64,000 bases of DNA from Acidimicrobiaceae bacterium (GTDB lineage Bacteria > Actinomycetota > Acidimicrobiia > Acidimicrobiales > Acidimicrobiaceae). A program made the translations under genes and the position numbers. The notes under the pieces are model-generated. The model was not told the DNA's origin. It saw nothing but the letters and a program-made list of their open reading frames with translations, and made no database searches. The first letter of the stretch is position 1. The number at the start of each line of letters is the position of its first letter. Below, piece after piece: positions 20,496 to 33,049 of the stretch. The stretch spans positions 2,116 to 66,115 of the forward strand of contig JABEUM010000169.1 of the NCBI GenBank assembly GCA_013044475.1, written 5' to 3'.

Positions 20496-22583
20496 ATGGC
20501 AACGAAGCGTGAATACCCGTTAGAGAGATATCGGAATATCGGTATCATGGCCCATATTGATGCGGGCAAAACAACCACGACAGAGCGCATCTTGTACTAC
20601 ACCGGCAAGAACTACAAGATTGGTGAAGTACACGAAGGCGCTGCGACCATGGACTGGATGGTCCAGGAGCAAGAGCGCGGCATCACCATCACCTCGGCGG
20701 CGACTACCGCATATTGGAATGACCACAGGATCAATATCATCGACACCCCTGGCCACGTCGATTTCACGGTCGAAGTTGAGAGGTCGCTTCGCGTACTAGA
20801 CGGTGCAGTAGCGGTTTTCGACGCAGTGGCGGGCGTTGAGCCGCAGACCGAGACCGTCTGGCGTCAAGCAAATAAGTACCAGGTCCCAAGGATGTGCTTC
20901 GTCAATAAGATGGACCGTGTTGGCGCTAACTTTGAGCGATGCGTCGAGATGATTAGGGATCGGCTAGATGCGATACCTGCGGTTATTCAGCTCCCGATCG
21001 GATCGGAAAGCGAGTTTGCCGGTATCGTCGATTTGATAGCCATGAAGGGCGTCGTGTGGGATGACGTTATGGGTGAGACCTTCACCGTTATAGATATCCC
21101 CGAATCGATGGTTGGCGAGGCTGAGTCCGCATACCAAGAACTCATCGATACTCTTTCGAACTATGACGACGACCTAATGGAAAAGTTCCTCTCCGAAGAA
21201 GAGATCACCCAGTCGTTCCTCAAGAGTGTCATTCGCAGGCTGACCATTGGAAATCAGATAGTGCCGGTACTGTGTGGATCGGCCTTTAAGAATAAAGGCG
21301 TCCAAGCGATGCTGGACGCAGTGGTCGATTTTCTTCCTTCGCCACTTGATATTATGCCGACCGAAGGTACCGACGTTCGGCTAGTTGAGACCTTGCTCCG
21401 TCATCCAGACGACAAGGATCCGTTTTCGGCCTTGGCCTTCAAGATCATGACCGACCCTTATGTCGGAAAGCTGACCTATTTTAGGGTCTACTCCGGAACG
21501 CTTGATAAAGGCGCTACGGTCCTGAATACGACAAAGGATAGAAAAGAACGCCTTGGCCGCCTGCTATTGATGCACGCCAACCATAGGGAAGACATTGAGA
21601 CGATCTACGCCGGCGATATCGTCGCTGCTGTAGGTCTGAAGAATACTACGACCGGGGATACCCTTTCCGACGTTGATGCTCCCATCATCTTGGAAGCTCT
21701 GGAGTTTCCTGAACCTGTCATCCACGTAGCGGTCGAGCCAAAGACGAAGGCTGATCAAGACAAGATGGGCCGGGCTCTTTATGCGCTTTCCGAAGAGGAT
21801 CCAACCTTTAGGGTTCGCACCGACGAGGAGACCGGACAGACGGTGATATCCGGAATGGGTGAACTGCACCTAGAAGTTCTGGTGGACCGGATGCTTCGAG
21901 AGTTCAAAGTCGACGCAAATGTCGGTAAGCCACAGGTCGCCTATCGTGAGACGATCCGCAAGAAGGTCGACAAGATCGAGGAGCGCTACATCAGGCAGTC
22001 AGGTGGGCGAGGACAGTACGGACACGTCGTTATCTCGCTAGAGCCAACTGGTCCTGGTGGAGGATATGAATTTATAGACAAGATCTCTGGGGGTGTGATT
22101 CCCAAGGAGTACATTCCCGCCGTTGATGCTGGTATTCAAGAGGCACTCCAGTCCGGCGTTCTGGCCGGGTACCCGATGGTTGACGTCAGGGTGACATTGA
22201 CTTTTGGTTCATACCATGAAGTCGACTCGTCGGAGATGGCTTTCAAGATAGCAGGATCGATGGCGGTGAAGAAGGCCGCCAGAGCAGCGTCCCCGGTTCT
22301 TCTCGAACCGGTTATGGCCGTAGAGGTCGTAACTCCCGAGGAGTACATGGGGGACGTGATAGGTGATCTCTCTTCTCGCCGTGGAAGGGTAGAGGGGATG
22401 GATCAGCGGGGATCGAGCCAGGTTATTCGGGCTCAGGTCCCCCTCGCCGAAATGTTTGGGTACGCGACCGATCTTAGGTCACGGACTCAGGGAAGGGCGA
22501 CCTATACTATGCAGTTCAGCGCTTACAACGAAACTCCGGATTCTATCGCTTTGGAGATAGTAAAACGGGTTCGGGGTGAGTAG
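20496..22583 (+). CDS. fusA: Elongation factor G
   Basis: 695 aa. [24 protein letters not shown] and [23 protein letters not shown]. Confidence 0.98.
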   Translation: MATKREYPLERYRNIGIMAHIDAGKTTTTERILYYTGKNYKIGEVHEGAATMDWMVQEQERGITITSAATTAYWNDHRINIIDTPGHVDFTVEVERSLRVLDGAVAVFDAVAGVEPQTETVWRQANKYQVPRMCFVNKMDRVGANFERCVEMIRDRLDAIPAVIQLPIGSESEFAGIVDLIAMKGVVWDDVMGETFTVIDIPESMVGEAESAYQELIDTLSNYDDDLMEKFLSEEEITQSFLKSVIRRLTIGNQIVPVLCGSAFKNKGVQAMLDAVVDFLPSPLDIMPTEGTDVRLVETLLRHPDDKDPFSALAFKIMTDPYVGKLTYFRVYSGTLDKGATVLNTTKDRKERLGRLLLMHANHREDIETIYAGDIVAAVGLKNTTTGDTLSDVDAPIILEALEFPEPVIHVAVEPKTKADQDKMGRALYALSEEDPTFRVRTDEETGQTVISGMGELHLEVLVDRMLREFKVDANVGKPQVAYRETIRKKVDKIEERYIRQSGGRGQYGHVVISLEPTGPGGGYEFIDKISGGVIPKEYIPAVDAGIQEALQSGVLAGYPMVDVRVTLTFGSYHEVDSSEMAFKIAGSMAVKKAARAASPVLLEPVMAVEVVTPEEYMGDVIGDLSSRRGRVEGMDQRGSSQVIRAQVPLAEMFGYATDLRSRTQGRATYTMQFSAYNETPDSIALEIVKRVRGE

Positions 22584-22658
22584 ACTGCATAGGTTCGCGG
22601 TTAGACCAAAGTCTGCGCAATCGCGCAACGTTTCTGGACCCACGGAGCAGTAGAGGAA

Positions 22659-23846
<1,188 letters not shown>

Positions 23847-23857
23847 TCGTTCTATTT

Positions 23858-23897
23858 AGGCCCGGCCTCGCAAAAGCGGGGTTCGGGCCTAATTTTT
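23858..23897 (+). terminator. Intrinsic terminator after tuf
   Basis: AGGCCCG(23858-23864)...CGGGCCT(23884-23890) stem followed by AATTTTT. Confidence 0.7.
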
Positions 23898-23918
23898 GCA
23901 CAAAGGTGAAACGCTGAG

Positions 23919-24245
23919 ATGGCTGATACAAATAGGCAGAAGATACGGATCAGGCTTAAGGCCTATGATCACGAGATAATTGACACTTCTACTAGGAAGA
24001 TTGTCGATACCGTAGTCCGTACCCAAGCGCGTGTTATCGGACCGGTGCCACTACCGACGGAGAAGCACCGTTACACAGTCATCCGGTCTCCGCACAAATA
24101 TAAGGACTCTAGGGAACACTTCGAAATGAGGGTTCACAAGAGGCTCTTGGATATAGTCGACCACACTCCGAAAACGGTCGACTCGCTTCAGCGGCTAGAT
24201 TTGCCGGCTGGTGTAGACATAGAGATAAAGATTCAAAACGTATAA
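23919..24245 (+). CDS. rpsJ: 30S ribosomal protein S10 (uS10)
   Basis: [26 protein letters not shown]...[39 protein letters not shown]. Confidence 0.97.
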   Translation: MADTNRQKIRIRLKAYDHEIIDTSTRKIVDTVVRTQARVIGPVPLPTEKHRYTVIRSPHKYKDSREHFEMRVHKRLLDIVDHTPKTVDSLQRLDLPAGVDIEIKIQNV

Positions 24246-24420
24246 GACGGCAGGGCTAGTCTCTTAGTCGGCTTAGACTGCTTAGGGCTTTCTCTAGGTC
24301 CGATTGTGCCCATTTATTTGGGGACCTTTCGGCAAAAAAGGTTCGAGGCTCCGTCTGGTTTCAGGCGGAGCATTCGTGTGTCGGGTTATCGGCGCACAAT
24401 GTAGCAAGGAAGTTTCGAAG

Positions 24421-25062
24421 ATGGCTTCAAAAGCGATCGTGGGCGAAAAGGTCGGTATGACCCAGTTATGGGACGACCAGAATCGAGTCGTCGCGGTAAC
24501 TGTGGTTAAGGTTTCACCCGTCAGGGTGCTCCGAACCAAGACGGACGACCTAGATGGTTATTCTGCACTGCAGGTGACTTACGGTTTTAAGCGTAAGGCA
24601 AGTCTCAATAAGCCCGACTTGGGCCAGTTTCAAAAGGCAGGTGTCGAGCCAGGGAAGGCCATTTTGGAGCTGAGAATTGATTCTGCCGAGGGGTTTTTAC
24701 CTGGTTCTGAAATAGATGCAAGCACCTTCTCGCCGGGCGAGATAGTGGATGTTACCGCTATCAGCAGGGGGCATGGCTTCTCCGGTGGGATGAAGAGACA
24801 TAATTTCAAGGGACAGGGCGCCTCTCATGGTAACCACAAGCACCATAGGGCCCCCGGCTCAATTGGCGCTTGTGCTACACCCTCGAGGGTTTTCAAGGGA
24901 ACCAAGATGGCGGGTCAATACGGAAACGTCAAGATCACCACGCAAAACCTAGAGGTGATTCAAGCGGACCCCGAGCGCCAGCTGGTGCTGATCAAGGGTT
25001 CTATCCCTGGCCCCAAGGGTGGCACCGTCGTTATTCGTAATGCAGCGAAGGGTGCTAAGTAG
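24421..25062 (+). CDS. rplC: 50S ribosomal protein L3 (uL3)
   Basis: MASKAIVGEKVGMTQLWDDQNRVVAVTVV is the usual uL3 N-terminus. ATG 24421 follows CAAGGAAG. The ORF-track extension back to 24304 is unconserved. Confidence 0.93.
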   Translation: MASKAIVGEKVGMTQLWDDQNRVVAVTVVKVSPVRVLRTKTDDLDGYSALQVTYGFKRKASLNKPDLGQFQKAGVEPGKAILELRIDSAEGFLPGSEIDASTFSPGEIVDVTAISRGHGFSGGMKRHNFKGQGASHGNHKHHRAPGSIGACATPSRVFKGTKMAGQYGNVKITTQNLEVIQADPERQLVLIKGSIPGPKGGTVVIRNAAKGAK

Positions 25063-25064
25063 AT

Positions 25065-25781
25065 ATGGCGCAAATCACCTTTAAGAAAGAGGTCGAGCTT
25101 CGCTCGGCCCAGGCAGAGGTCAAGGACTTTTCCGGGAAGGTACTGGAGAGCGTGGAGCTGAATCCAGAGCTTTTTGGCCGTCCGCTGAATATCCACTTGA
25201 TGCACCAAGTTGTAGTGGCTCAGTTGGCTGCGGCCCGTTCTGGCACACAGTCGACAAAGACTCGCGCTGAGGTGTCGGGTGGCGGTGCAAAGCCTTTCCG
25301 TCAGAAGGGTACTGGGCGTGCAAGGCAAGGATCAACCCGGGCCCCTCACTACTCCGGTGGTGGTGTCGCACTCGGGCCAAAGCCGCGCAGCTACCAGCAA
25401 AAGACCCCTCGCAAGATGATTCAGCAGGCTTTGTTCTGCGCTCTGTCTGATAGGGCGGAGGCAAACAGGATCGTCGTTATCGAGGACCCGAAGTGGGAAA
25501 AGCCCTCCACCAAGTCCGCAATGGAACTCTTGAAAAACTGCGGTTTCGACGGACATGTTTTACTCGTGGTGGAGCCGGAGGACGAGAACTTGATCTTGTC
25601 CTTTAGGAATGTCCCTGAGGTTGTGCTCGCATTCCCATGGCACCTAAACGCCTATTCGGTTCTAGTAAGTGATTACATCGTCTTTACCAGGAGCGCCATG
25701 ATCGGTGAGGAGATCGACGATACTCTGAGCCAGCTAACGGTTTCAGCTGCTCCGATCACAAGCTATGAGGAGGCAGAATGA
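25065..25781 (+). CDS. rplD: 50S ribosomal protein L4 (uL4)
   Basis: SGGGAKPFRQKGTGRARQGSTRAPHYSGGGVALGPKPRSY. Confidence 0.97.
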   Translation: MAQITFKKEVELRSAQAEVKDFSGKVLESVELNPELFGRPLNIHLMHQVVVAQLAAARSGTQSTKTRAEVSGGGAKPFRQKGTGRARQGSTRAPHYSGGGVALGPKPRSYQQKTPRKMIQQALFCALSDRAEANRIVVIEDPKWEKPSTKSAMELLKNCGFDGHVLLVVEPEDENLILSFRNVPEVVLAFPWHLNAYSVLVSDYIVFTRSAMIGEEIDDTLSQLTVSAAPITSYEEAE

Positions 25782-26074
25782 GCGGCTTCGATCCGTATTC
25801 AATTGTCCAGAAGCCGATCGTCTCTGAGAAGAGCTACAAGTTGATGGACGAAGGTGTCTACACCTTTATAGTTGCCGATTCGGCGACCAAAGTAGATATT
25901 CGTAAGGCTGTTGAGCAGCTGTTCGAGGTCAATGTCTTGGACGTGAACACCTTGGTCCGCAAGGGAAAGCGCAAAAGGAATAGCCGCAAGGGCACCTGGA
26001 GCACTAAGCCCGATCGCAAGCACGCAATGGTCCGCCTGGCCGATGGTCAGAAGATCGACATGTTCGAGAAGTAA
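25778..26074 (+). CDS. rplW: 50S ribosomal protein L23 (uL23)
   Basis: KPIVSEKSYKLMDEGVYTFIVADSATKVDIRKAVEQLFEVNV. ATGA overlap with rplD. Confidence 0.96.
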   Translation: MSGFDPYSIVQKPIVSEKSYKLMDEGVYTFIVADSATKVDIRKAVEQLFEVNVLDVNTLVRKGKRKRNSRKGTWSTKPDRKHAMVRLADGQKIDMFEK

Positions 26075-26086
26075 GGGGCGCTTCAG

Positions 26087-26923
26087 ATGGCAATTCGTAA
26101 GAGGAAGCCGACCAGCGCTGGACGTAGATTCCAGTCTGTTTCGGACTTCTCTGAAATAACAAGTACTAAGCCCGAGAAGTCGCTGCTGGAGCCGATGTCT
26201 CGTAGCGGTGGCCGTAACTCATATGGCCGCAAGACATCCAGGCACAGGGGTGGCGGGCACAAGGTTCAGTACCGCTTGATCGACTTCAAAAGGACGAAGG
26301 ACGCTATACCGGCCAAGGTGGCAACGATCGAGTACGATCCGAACAGGAATGCTCGTATTGCGTTGTTACACTATGCCGATGGCGAAAAGCGCTATATTTT
26401 GGCACCAGCGAAGCTCTCGGTCGGAGATGCGATAGAGTCAGGTCCGAAGGCCGACATAAAGGTTGGCAACGCTCTTCCATTGCGTTTCATCCCAGTCGGT
26501 ACAGTAATCCACAATGTGGAGCTTCGTCCAGGGCAGGGCGGAAAGATCGCTAGGTCGGCCGGGATGAGCGTTCAGCTTGTCGCAAAGGAGGGAGACTTCG
26601 CTACTCTTCGCTTGCCGTCTACAGAAATGAGGCGCGTTCCCATCGACTGCCGTGCTTCGATTGGGGAAGTTGGTAACTCTGAGTTCGAGCTACTTTCTGT
26701 GGGCAAGGCTGGTCGTAATCGCTGGAAGGGCATTAGGCCACAAACCAGAGGTGTTGCGATGAACCCGGTTGACCACCCACTCGGTGGTGGAGAAGGAAAG
26801 ACTTCCGGTGGTCGACACCCGGTCTCGCCTTGGGGTAAGCCAGAAGGACGCACTCGTTCAAGAGAGAAGTACTCGGACCGTTTGATAGTTCGTCGTCGCC
26901 GCGGCCGCGGCGCACGTCGCTAG
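26087..26923 (+). CDS. rplB: 50S ribosomal protein L2 (uL2)
   Basis: [18 protein letters not shown]...[26 protein letters not shown]. Confidence 0.98.
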   Translation: MAIRKRKPTSAGRRFQSVSDFSEITSTKPEKSLLEPMSRSGGRNSYGRKTSRHRGGGHKVQYRLIDFKRTKDAIPAKVATIEYDPNRNARIALLHYADGEKRYILAPAKLSVGDAIESGPKADIKVGNALPLRFIPVGTVIHNVELRPGQGGKIARSAGMSVQLVAKEGDFATLRLPSTEMRRVPIDCRASIGEVGNSEFELLSVGKAGRNRWKGIRPQTRGVAMNPVDHPLGGGEGKTSGGRHPVSPWGKPEGRTRSREKYSDRLIVRRRRGRGARR

Positions 26924-26938
26924 GGATAAGGGGCACAT

Positions 26939-27220
26939 ATGCCAAGGAGCTTGAAGAAGGGTCCCTTCGTTGACGACCACCTTCTTAAGAAGGTGGATGA
27001 TCTAAACGAGAAGGGCGAGAAGAAGGTCATTAAGACCTGGTCTCGGCGCTCGACGATCATCCCAGACATGGTGGGACATACGATCGCCGTCCATGACGGC
27101 AGGAAACACGTACCCGTTTATGTGACCGAGTCGATGGTTGGTCATAAGTTGGGCGAGTTCGCACCGACGAGGACCTTTAGATACCATGCCGGTCAAGAGA
27201 GATCAGCGAGGCGCAGATAA
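26939..27220 (+). CDS. rpsS: 30S ribosomal protein S19 (uS19)
   Basis: [19 protein letters not shown]...[34 protein letters not shown]. Confidence 0.98.
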   Translation: MPRSLKKGPFVDDHLLKKVDDLNEKGEKKVIKTWSRRSTIIPDMVGHTIAVHDGRKHVPVYVTESMVGHKLGEFAPTRTFRYHAGQERSARRR

Positions 27221-27864
27221 TGGCGACTGCTTTAGAAGAAAAGGGTGTCAGGGCAGTACTGCGCGGATACCGGATGTCGGCTTCGAAGGTTCGCGAAGTG
27301 CTGGATCTGATCCGCAACAAGCACGTCGCCACTGCACTGGATATCCTTGCAAACACCGACCGAGAGGCTGCCTTGATGGTCGGAAAGTTGTTGGCTTCTG
27401 CGATTGCCAATGCCGCTAATAATCATGGGCTTGTCCCAGACGAGCTGTACGTCTCGGTCGCATATGCCGACGAGGGCGTGACTATGAAGAGGTTCAAGCC
27501 GCGTGCGAGGGGCTCTGCTTCGAGGATTCGCAAGCGTAGTGCGCACGTGACGATAGTGGTCGATCGCATGCCACAAGCAAAGATCGACGTACTTCGGGCA
27601 AAGCAAGCAAGCGAAGCCGAAGCGAGAAGGACTGGCCGGCGTAGCCGTAGGCCGGGGCGTAAGCCAAAGGTAGCAGACCAAGCCCAGGAAGCGCTTTCGC
27701 AAGTGGCCACGGAAGAGGTCCGGGAGAGTGTCGACCAAGAAGCGGCTTTCGAGGAGGCTCAGCTAACGCAGGCTGAAGTGGTTGAGACCGAGTTGGTTGC
27801 AGAAGGTACTCCAGAGGCAGCCGAGATAGAGACTGTTTCTGAAGTAGATAAGGGAGCTGAGTGA
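27220..27864 (+). CDS. rplV: 50S ribosomal protein L22 (uL22) with a charged C-terminal extension of about 100 aa
   Basis: Core: [27 protein letters not shown]...[25 protein letters not shown]. It is followed by an Arg/Lys-rich then Glu/Ala-rich tail. Confidence 0.95.
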   Translation: MATALEEKGVRAVLRGYRMSASKVREVLDLIRNKHVATALDILANTDREAALMVGKLLASAIANAANNHGLVPDELYVSVAYADEGVTMKRFKPRARGSASRIRKRSAHVTIVVDRMPQAKIDVLRAKQASEAEARRTGRRSRRPGRKPKVADQAQEALSQVATEEVRESVDQEAAFEEAQLTQAEVVETELVAEGTPEAAEIETVSEVDKGAE

Positions 27865-27865
27865 T

Positions 27866-28792
27866 ATGGGCCAGAAGGTAAATCCTTACGGCTTCAGGCT
27901 TGGGATTACGACTGAGTGGAAGTCCCGTTGGTATGAGGAACGCAAGTATGGTCAGTGGATCATCGAGGATTACAAGATCCGGGCTTATCTGACCAAAGAA
28001 CTCGCCAACGCCGCTATATCCAGGGTCGATGTTGAGCGGACCAGAGATAGAGTCAAGGTCGATATTCATACCGCTAGGCCAGGGCTCGTCATTGGACGTA
28101 AAGGGCAAGAAGCCGAGAGACTTAGGCAAGGTCTGGCAAACATCACTGGTAATCAGCGTGTAAATCTCAACGTCGAAGAGATCAAGCAGCCCGAACTCGA
28201 TGCAGCGCTAGTTGCGCAAGGTATTGCAGATCAGCTTTCGAGGCGAGTTAGCTTTCGTAGGGCGATGAAGAGGGCACTGCAGATGGTCGAGAAGGCCGGC
28301 GGCCAGGGAGTAACAGTGCAGTGCTCGGGCCGTCTGGGTGGAGCAGAAATGGCTCGTAAAGAGTCATATCGCGAGGGTCGCGTGCCTCGTCACACCCTGA
28401 GGGCGAATATCGATTATGGATTCAGAGAGGCTGCGACCAGCTTCGGAAGAATCGGCGTGAAGGTTTGGATCTACAAAGGTGACATTCTCCCATATCGTGA
28501 CGTTCTGGCCGAGGTCAAGCCCAAGGTTGAAGCGGCTACCGGCGCTCCAAGGCCGAAGAGGGTTATCTCTGCTGGCGGCGGAAGGCGCAAGGTAGAAGCT
28601 GAAGGCGTTGAGCTAACAGCAACCGACGTGGTTGAAGAGGTAGTCGTTCCTGTCCAGTCGGATCCGACAACACCCACTGCCCCGCCTGTTGCCGACGAGT
28701 TGGAGAAGCTTCTCGCCGAAGAGGAAGACATTGAGAGAAAGACCCGTGAATCGCATCACGAGACTCCTCACTTCAAGAGGGAGGTTGACTAA
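27866..28792 (+). CDS. rpsC: 30S ribosomal protein S3 (uS3) with C-terminal extension
   Basis: [23 protein letters not shown] and the KH domain [14 protein letters not shown]. The tail after about residue 215 is Pro/Glu/Val-rich. Confidence 0.97.
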   Translation: MGQKVNPYGFRLGITTEWKSRWYEERKYGQWIIEDYKIRAYLTKELANAAISRVDVERTRDRVKVDIHTARPGLVIGRKGQEAERLRQGLANITGNQRVNLNVEEIKQPELDAALVAQGIADQLSRRVSFRRAMKRALQMVEKAGGQGVTVQCSGRLGGAEMARKESYREGRVPRHTLRANIDYGFREAATSFGRIGVKVWIYKGDILPYRDVLAEVKPKVEAATGAPRPKRVISAGGGRRKVEAEGVELTATDVVEEVVVPVQSDPTTPTAPPVADELEKLLAEEEDIERKTRESHHETPHFKREVD

Positions 28793-28795
28793 GAG

Positions 28796-29227
28796 ATGTT
28801 GATGCCTCGCAAAGTTAAGCACCGCAAGCAGCAGCGCGGTCGTATGTCCGGGATGGCGAAGGGTGGCAGTGAGATCGCCTTTGGCCAGTTCGCCATACAA
28901 GCACTCGAGCCCGGCTGGATTTCGGCTAGGCAGATTGAGGCTGCAAGAATTGCAATGACCCGTCACGTCAAGAGGGGTGGAAAGGTCTGGATAAGGGTTT
29001 TCCCTGATAAGCCAGTTACTAAGAAGCCCGCCGAGACGAGGATGGGTTCGGGCAAAGGAAACCCCGAATTCTGGGTCGCAGTGGTCAAGCCCGGCAGGGT
29101 GATGTTCGAGCTGGCCGGCGTCTCCGAAGAGCTCGCCAGGGCGGCGATGGAGAGGGCAATCCAGAAGCTTCCTATCAAGGCACGATTCATAGTGCAAGAC
29201 GAAGAGACTCTAGGGGCGATGGGATGA
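28796..29227 (+). CDS. rplP: 50S ribosomal protein L16 (uL16)
   Basis: [19 protein letters not shown]...[26 protein letters not shown]. Confidence 0.98.
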   Translation: MLMPRKVKHRKQQRGRMSGMAKGGSEIAFGQFAIQALEPGWISARQIEAARIAMTRHVKRGGKVWIRVFPDKPVTKKPAETRMGSGKGNPEFWVAVVKPGRVMFELAGVSEELARAAMERAIQKLPIKARFIVQDEETLGAMG

Positions 29228-29439
29228 CCAAGGCAATTGAACTTAGGACGCTGGCCGATATGGAGCTAGTTGAGAAGCTGGAGGAGAGTAAGCGTGAGCT
29301 ATTCACCCTCAGATTCCAGCTCGCTACGGCTCAGGCCACTGATACGGCCAGCCTGAAACGGCTTCGGCGAGAGATCGCAAGGATCTCGACGCTCATATCG
29401 GAGCGTGGTGGACTTGCCACAGAGACAGGTGGTGAATGA
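29224..29439 (+). CDS. rpmC: 50S ribosomal protein L29 (uL29)
   Basis: [36 protein letters not shown] overlap with rplP. Confidence 0.95.
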   Translation: MTKAIELRTLADMELVEKLEESKRELFTLRFQLATAQATDTASLKRLRREIARISTLISERGGLATETGGE

Positions 29440-29720
29440 TGACTTCGTCGCAAGAGTCGATTGAGGCCAGGGAGAATGACAGGAAGGTCCGGGAAGGGCT
29501 TGTCATCTCTACATCTATGAATAAGACCATTGTGGTCTCCATCTCAGAGAAGGTGCGCCACCCGCGCTACCGCAAGACGGTGACTAAGACTAAGAAGCTC
29601 TATACCCACGACGAAGAGGGCCAAGCCCGCATCGGCGATCGGGTTAGAGTTGCCGAAATCAGGCCTATGTCCAAGTTGAAGAGATGGCGACTCGTGGAGA
29701 TTTTGGAGCGTGCTCGATGA
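29436..29720 (+). CDS. rpsQ: 30S ribosomal protein S17 (uS17)
   Basis: [42 protein letters not shown]...[23 protein letters not shown]. Confidence 0.97.
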   Translation: MMTSSQESIEARENDRKVREGLVISTSMNKTIVVSISEKVRHPRYRKTVTKTKKLYTHDEEGQARIGDRVRVAEIRPMSKLKRWRLVEILERAR

Positions 29721-30085
29721 TCCAGCAGGAATCCAGACTCAGGGTTGCCGATAACTCGGGGGCCAAAGAAGTCCTTTGCATAAAGGTGCTTGGTGGTTCC
29801 CGTAGGCGCTACGCGAGCATCGGTGATGTCTTCGTTGCGACAGTCAAGGACGCTATTCCAGGTGCCGCGGTCAAGAAGGGTGACGTAGTAAAGTGCGTCG
29901 TCGTCAGGACCAAGAAGGAGAAGCGGCGTGGGGACGGTAGCTATATTCGCTTCGACGAGAATGCAGCCGTATTGATTAATGACGCGATGCAGCCGAGGGG
30001 GACTCGTATTTTCGGTCCTGTCGGCCGTGAGCTTAGGGATAAGAAGTTTATGAGAATCATTTCGCTAGCACCGGAGGTCTTGTAG
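29717..30085 (+). CDS. rplN: 50S ribosomal protein L14 (uL14)
   Basis: [31 protein letters not shown] 29717 overlaps the rpsQ TGA (ATGA). The ORF-track start at 29684 is an artefactual extension. Confidence 0.96.
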   Translation: MIQQESRLRVADNSGAKEVLCIKVLGGSRRRYASIGDVFVATVKDAIPGAAVKKGDVVKCVVVRTKKEKRRGDGSYIRFDENAAVLINDAMQPRGTRIFGPVGRELRDKKFMRIISLAPEVL

Positions 30086-30390
30086 TGAGACTGATCAAAG
30101 GTGACAAGGTAAGTGTGTTGACCGGTAAGGATCGGGGCAAGCAGGGCGAGATTGCAAGTGTTATTCCCAAGGCTGGCAAGGTCATAGTCAACGGCGTGAA
30201 TGTGGTTAAAAAGCACCAGAAGGCGCGTACCGCTACCGAGCAAGGTGGGATTATCGATAAGGATATGCCGATCGATGCATCGAATGTAGCGATCGTATGC
30301 TCAAAGTGCGGTCCGACCCGGATTGGGATGAAGTTTGAAGCCGATGGGAAGAAGATTCGTGTCTGCAAGAAGTGTGGAGGTGACCTGTGA
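30085..30390 (+). CDS. rplX: 50S ribosomal protein L24 (uL24), zinc-ribbon (Cys-containing) variant
   Basis: [19 protein letters not shown] (KOW motif) and a C-terminal CSKCG...x18...CKKCGG. The GTG start overlaps the rplN stop. Confidence 0.96.
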   Translation: MRLIKGDKVSVLTGKDRGKQGEIASVIPKAGKVIVNGVNVVKKHQKARTATEQGGIIDKDMPIDASNVAIVCSKCGPTRIGMKFEADGKKIRVCKKCGGDL

Positions 30391-30962
30391 GCGACGTGAA
30401 GGTTGAATCTCTCCCGCCGCGGTTGAAGGTCAAGTTTAATGACGAATTACGCTCGGAGCTTCAAAAGACTCTCGAGTTGAAGAACGTCATGGAAGTGCCA
30501 AAGCTCGTAAAGATATCGGTTAATGTCGGTGTTGGACGTGCTACTCAGCAGGCATCACAGCTCGACTCAGCGCTTAGGGACATTGAGATCATTACTGGTC
30601 AGAAGCCCGTTGTAACCCGAGCAAGGAAGTCGATCGCAAGCTTCAAGCTGCGAGCCGGCAACCCAATTGGCGTAAAGGTCACCCTAAGGGGAGACCGTAT
30701 GTGGGAATTTTTTGATCGATTGATTTCGATAGCGATTCCGAGGGTAAGGGACTTCAGGGGTCTTTCCCCGAAATCTTTTGATGGCCACGGAAACTACACC
30801 TTCGGAGTGACCGAGCAGCTTATCTTTGCTGAGATCGATTACGACAAGGTCGACACGACCAGAGGTATGGATATCACCATCGTGACAAGTGCGAGAAATG
30901 ACAGCGAGGGCAGGGCCCTGCTCGACGCTTTCGGCTTTCCATTCCGAAAGGAAGGGGTTTAG
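30387..30962 (+). CDS. rplE: 50S ribosomal protein L5 (uL5)
   Basis: [20 protein letters not shown]...[34 protein letters not shown]. Confidence 0.97.
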   Translation: MSDVKVESLPPRLKVKFNDELRSELQKTLELKNVMEVPKLVKISVNVGVGRATQQASQLDSALRDIEIITGQKPVVTRARKSIASFKLRAGNPIGVKVTLRGDRMWEFFDRLISIAIPRVRDFRGLSPKSFDGHGNYTFGVTEQLIFAEIDYDKVDTTRGMDITIVTSARNDSEGRALLDAFGFPFRKEGV

Positions 30963-30967
30963 GAACT

Positions 30968-31153
30968 ATGGCCAAGAAGGCTCTCATAGCTAAGGCAAAC
31001 AGAAAGCCGAAGTTCAGGGTTCGCGCCTATACGCGCTGCCAGAGGTGCGGACGACCGCACGCGGTGTATCGCAAGTTCGGTCTCTGCAGGATCTGTCTCA
31101 GGGTCATGGTTCACCAAGGAGAGATTCCTGGCGTGACCAAGGCGAGCTGGTAA
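30968..31153 (+). CDS. rpsN: 30S ribosomal protein S14 type Z (zinc-binding, 61 aa)
   Basis: [61 protein letters not shown], with CxxC...CxxC. Confidence 0.97.
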   Translation: MAKKALIAKANRKPKFRVRAYTRCQRCGRPHAVYRKFGLCRICLRVMVHQGEIPGVTKASW

Positions 31154-31162
31154 GGGGTAGAG

Positions 31163-31567
31163 ATGGGTTTCAGTGATCCAATAGCAGATATGCTCACCAG
31201 AATTAGGAACGCGAATCAGGCGATGCACGACGTAGTGCGCATGCCTGGTTCGAAGCTAAAAGATGAGCTAGCAAAAATCCTCGAGCGCGAGGGTTATATC
31301 GCCGGGTTTTCCGTTCACCCCAATGAGGGTAAGCCGGGAACGACCCTCGAGATCAGAATGAAGTATTCTCAGCAGCGTGAGCGTACTATCTCTGGACTCA
31401 AGAGGGTCTCCAAGCCTGGGCTGAGGGTTTACTCTCAGGCAGATTCGATCCCAAGGGTACTAGGTGGTCTTGGTGTAGCGGTCCTTTCCACATCCAGGGG
31501 TCTTATGACCGACGCTGAGGCTCGAAAGGCCAAAGTCGGTGGCGAGATTCTCTGTTTCGTATGGTAA
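31163..31567 (+). CDS. rpsH: 30S ribosomal protein S8 (uS8)
   Basis: [17 protein letters not shown]...[30 protein letters not shown]. Confidence 0.98.
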   Translation: MGFSDPIADMLTRIRNANQAMHDVVRMPGSKLKDELAKILEREGYIAGFSVHPNEGKPGTTLEIRMKYSQQRERTISGLKRVSKPGLRVYSQADSIPRVLGGLGVAVLSTSRGLMTDAEARKAKVGGEILCFVW

Positions 31568-31582
31568 GGGGAGGAGTTAGAC

Positions 31583-32125
31583 GTGTCGAGAATAGGTAAG
31601 GCTCCAGTAGCTGTGCCAGGTGGGGTTAGTATCTCCTTCGGCGAAGATCGCACTATAGAAGTTGCGGGCCCAAAGGGCTCTCTCTCCAGGATCTTTCCCG
31701 AGGAAGTCTCTATCGAACAGCAGGATGACAAACTGATCGTCTCCCGCAAAGGGGACGAGCGCAGGGACAGAGCCATGCACGGGCTGTCGAGGACACTTCT
31801 CAACAACATGGTGGTCGGAGTGACCATTGGTTTCACGAAGGAATTGGCGATAGTTGGCGTCGGCTATAGGGCGGCAGCAAAGAGTGCTACAGAGCTAGAG
31901 CTAGCCCTGGGCTTTTCTCATCCGGTAAGAGTTGAGGCACCTGAAGGTATTACCTTTGAGACCCCGACTCCGACGAAAATTGCCGTAAAGGGTATTGACA
32001 AAGAGCTTGTAGGCCAAGTAGCGGCCAACATCCGTAAAATTCGCAAGCCTGAGCCGTACAAGGGCAAGGGTGTGCGTTACGAGGGTGAAAAGGTGCTACG
32101 TAAAGTCGGTAAGTCCGGCAAGTAG
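31583..32125 (+). CDS. rplF: 50S ribosomal protein L6 (uL6)
   Basis: [17 protein letters not shown]...[20 protein letters not shown]. Confidence 0.97.
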   Translation: MSRIGKAPVAVPGGVSISFGEDRTIEVAGPKGSLSRIFPEEVSIEQQDDKLIVSRKGDERRDRAMHGLSRTLLNNMVVGVTIGFTKELAIVGVGYRAAAKSATELELALGFSHPVRVEAPEGITFETPTPTKIAVKGIDKELVGQVAANIRKIRKPEPYKGKGVRYEGEKVLRKVGKSGK

Positions 32126-32144
32126 GGTCAGAGGAGTTTAAGAG

Positions 32145-32510
32145 ATGTCTATAAAGACAGTTACGCCAGAGGCCCTGCGCAAGAGGCGCCATAACAGGAT
32201 ACGTAAGGCCGTAATAGGGACCGAGCAGAGGCCCCGGTTGGCGGTGTTTCGTTCCAACAGGCACATTGTTGCCCAGGTGATAGACGACGCTAGTGGTCAT
32301 ACACTAGTTTCGGCATCTAGCCTTGAGACGAGTTTCAAGGGCTCACATACGGGCAATATTGATGCCGCAAAGAAGGTTGGCGAGTTGGTGGCTGATCGGG
32401 CTAAGGCCCAAGGTATCGGCGCAGTCGTCTTCGATCGTGGTGGATTTAAGTACCACGGCCGGGTAGCGGCCCTCGCCGATGCAGCTAGAGAAGGCGGATT
32501 GGAGTTCTAA
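32145..32510 (+). CDS. rplR: 50S ribosomal protein L18 (uL18)
   Basis: [20 protein letters not shown]...[28 protein letters not shown]. Confidence 0.97.
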   Translation: MSIKTVTPEALRKRRHNRIRKAVIGTEQRPRLAVFRSNRHIVAQVIDDASGHTLVSASSLETSFKGSHTGNIDAAKKVGELVADRAKAQGIGAVVFDRGGFKYHGRVAALADAAREGGLEF

Positions 32511-33049
32511 TGGCCGAAGCTCAATACGAAGAGAGAACTATCAAAGTCAACAGGGTGGCCAAGGTAGTCAAGGGCGGACGTCGTTTCTCCTTTACTGCTT
32601 TGATGGTCATTGGTGACGGAAATGGTAAAGTCGGGCTCGGCTACGGAAAAGCCAAAGAGGCGGGCCTTGCCGTTCAGAAGGGAATCGAAGAGGCGAAGAA
32701 GAACCTCTTTGATGTTGCACTATCTGGGAACACGATTACTCACCCGATTATTGGTGAGGCTGGCGCTGGCAGGGTTATGCTAAAGCCCGCGGCACCAGGA
32801 ACCGGCGTGATAGCTGGCGGCGCAGCGCGTGCAATTTTGGAAATGGCTGGCATCAAAGATATCCTCGCCAAGTCGCTTGGCTCATCGAATGGTATCAACG
32901 TTGCCCATGCAACGATCGCCGGCCTTAAAGAGCTCAAGCGTCCAGACGATATTGCCAGACTTAGGGGGAAGGATCCTTCCGAAGTTACCCCGGCCGGCGT
33001 ACTTCGTGGGTTCAGAGAGCGCACTGCGCGCAATGCTAAGGAGGCGTGA
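32510..33049 (+). CDS. rpsE: 30S ribosomal protein S5 (uS5)
   Basis: [38 protein letters not shown]. Confidence 0.97.
   Translation: MAEAQYEERTIKVNRVAKVVKGGRRFSFTALMVIGDGNGKVGLGYGKAKEAGLAVQKGIEEAKKNLFDVALSGNTITHPIIGEAGAGRVMLKPAAPGTGVIAGGAARAILEMAGIKDILAKSLGSSNGINVAHATIAGLKELKRPDDIARLRGKDPSEVTPAGVLRGFRERTARNAKEA

Noticed and set aside
27232-29197. Long minus-strand ORFs (168, 211 and 194 aa) across rplV, rpsC and rplP
   Set aside because: These are antisense to unambiguous ribosomal protein genes and show no motifs. They are a byproduct of GC-rich third positions that suppress stops on the opposite strand.
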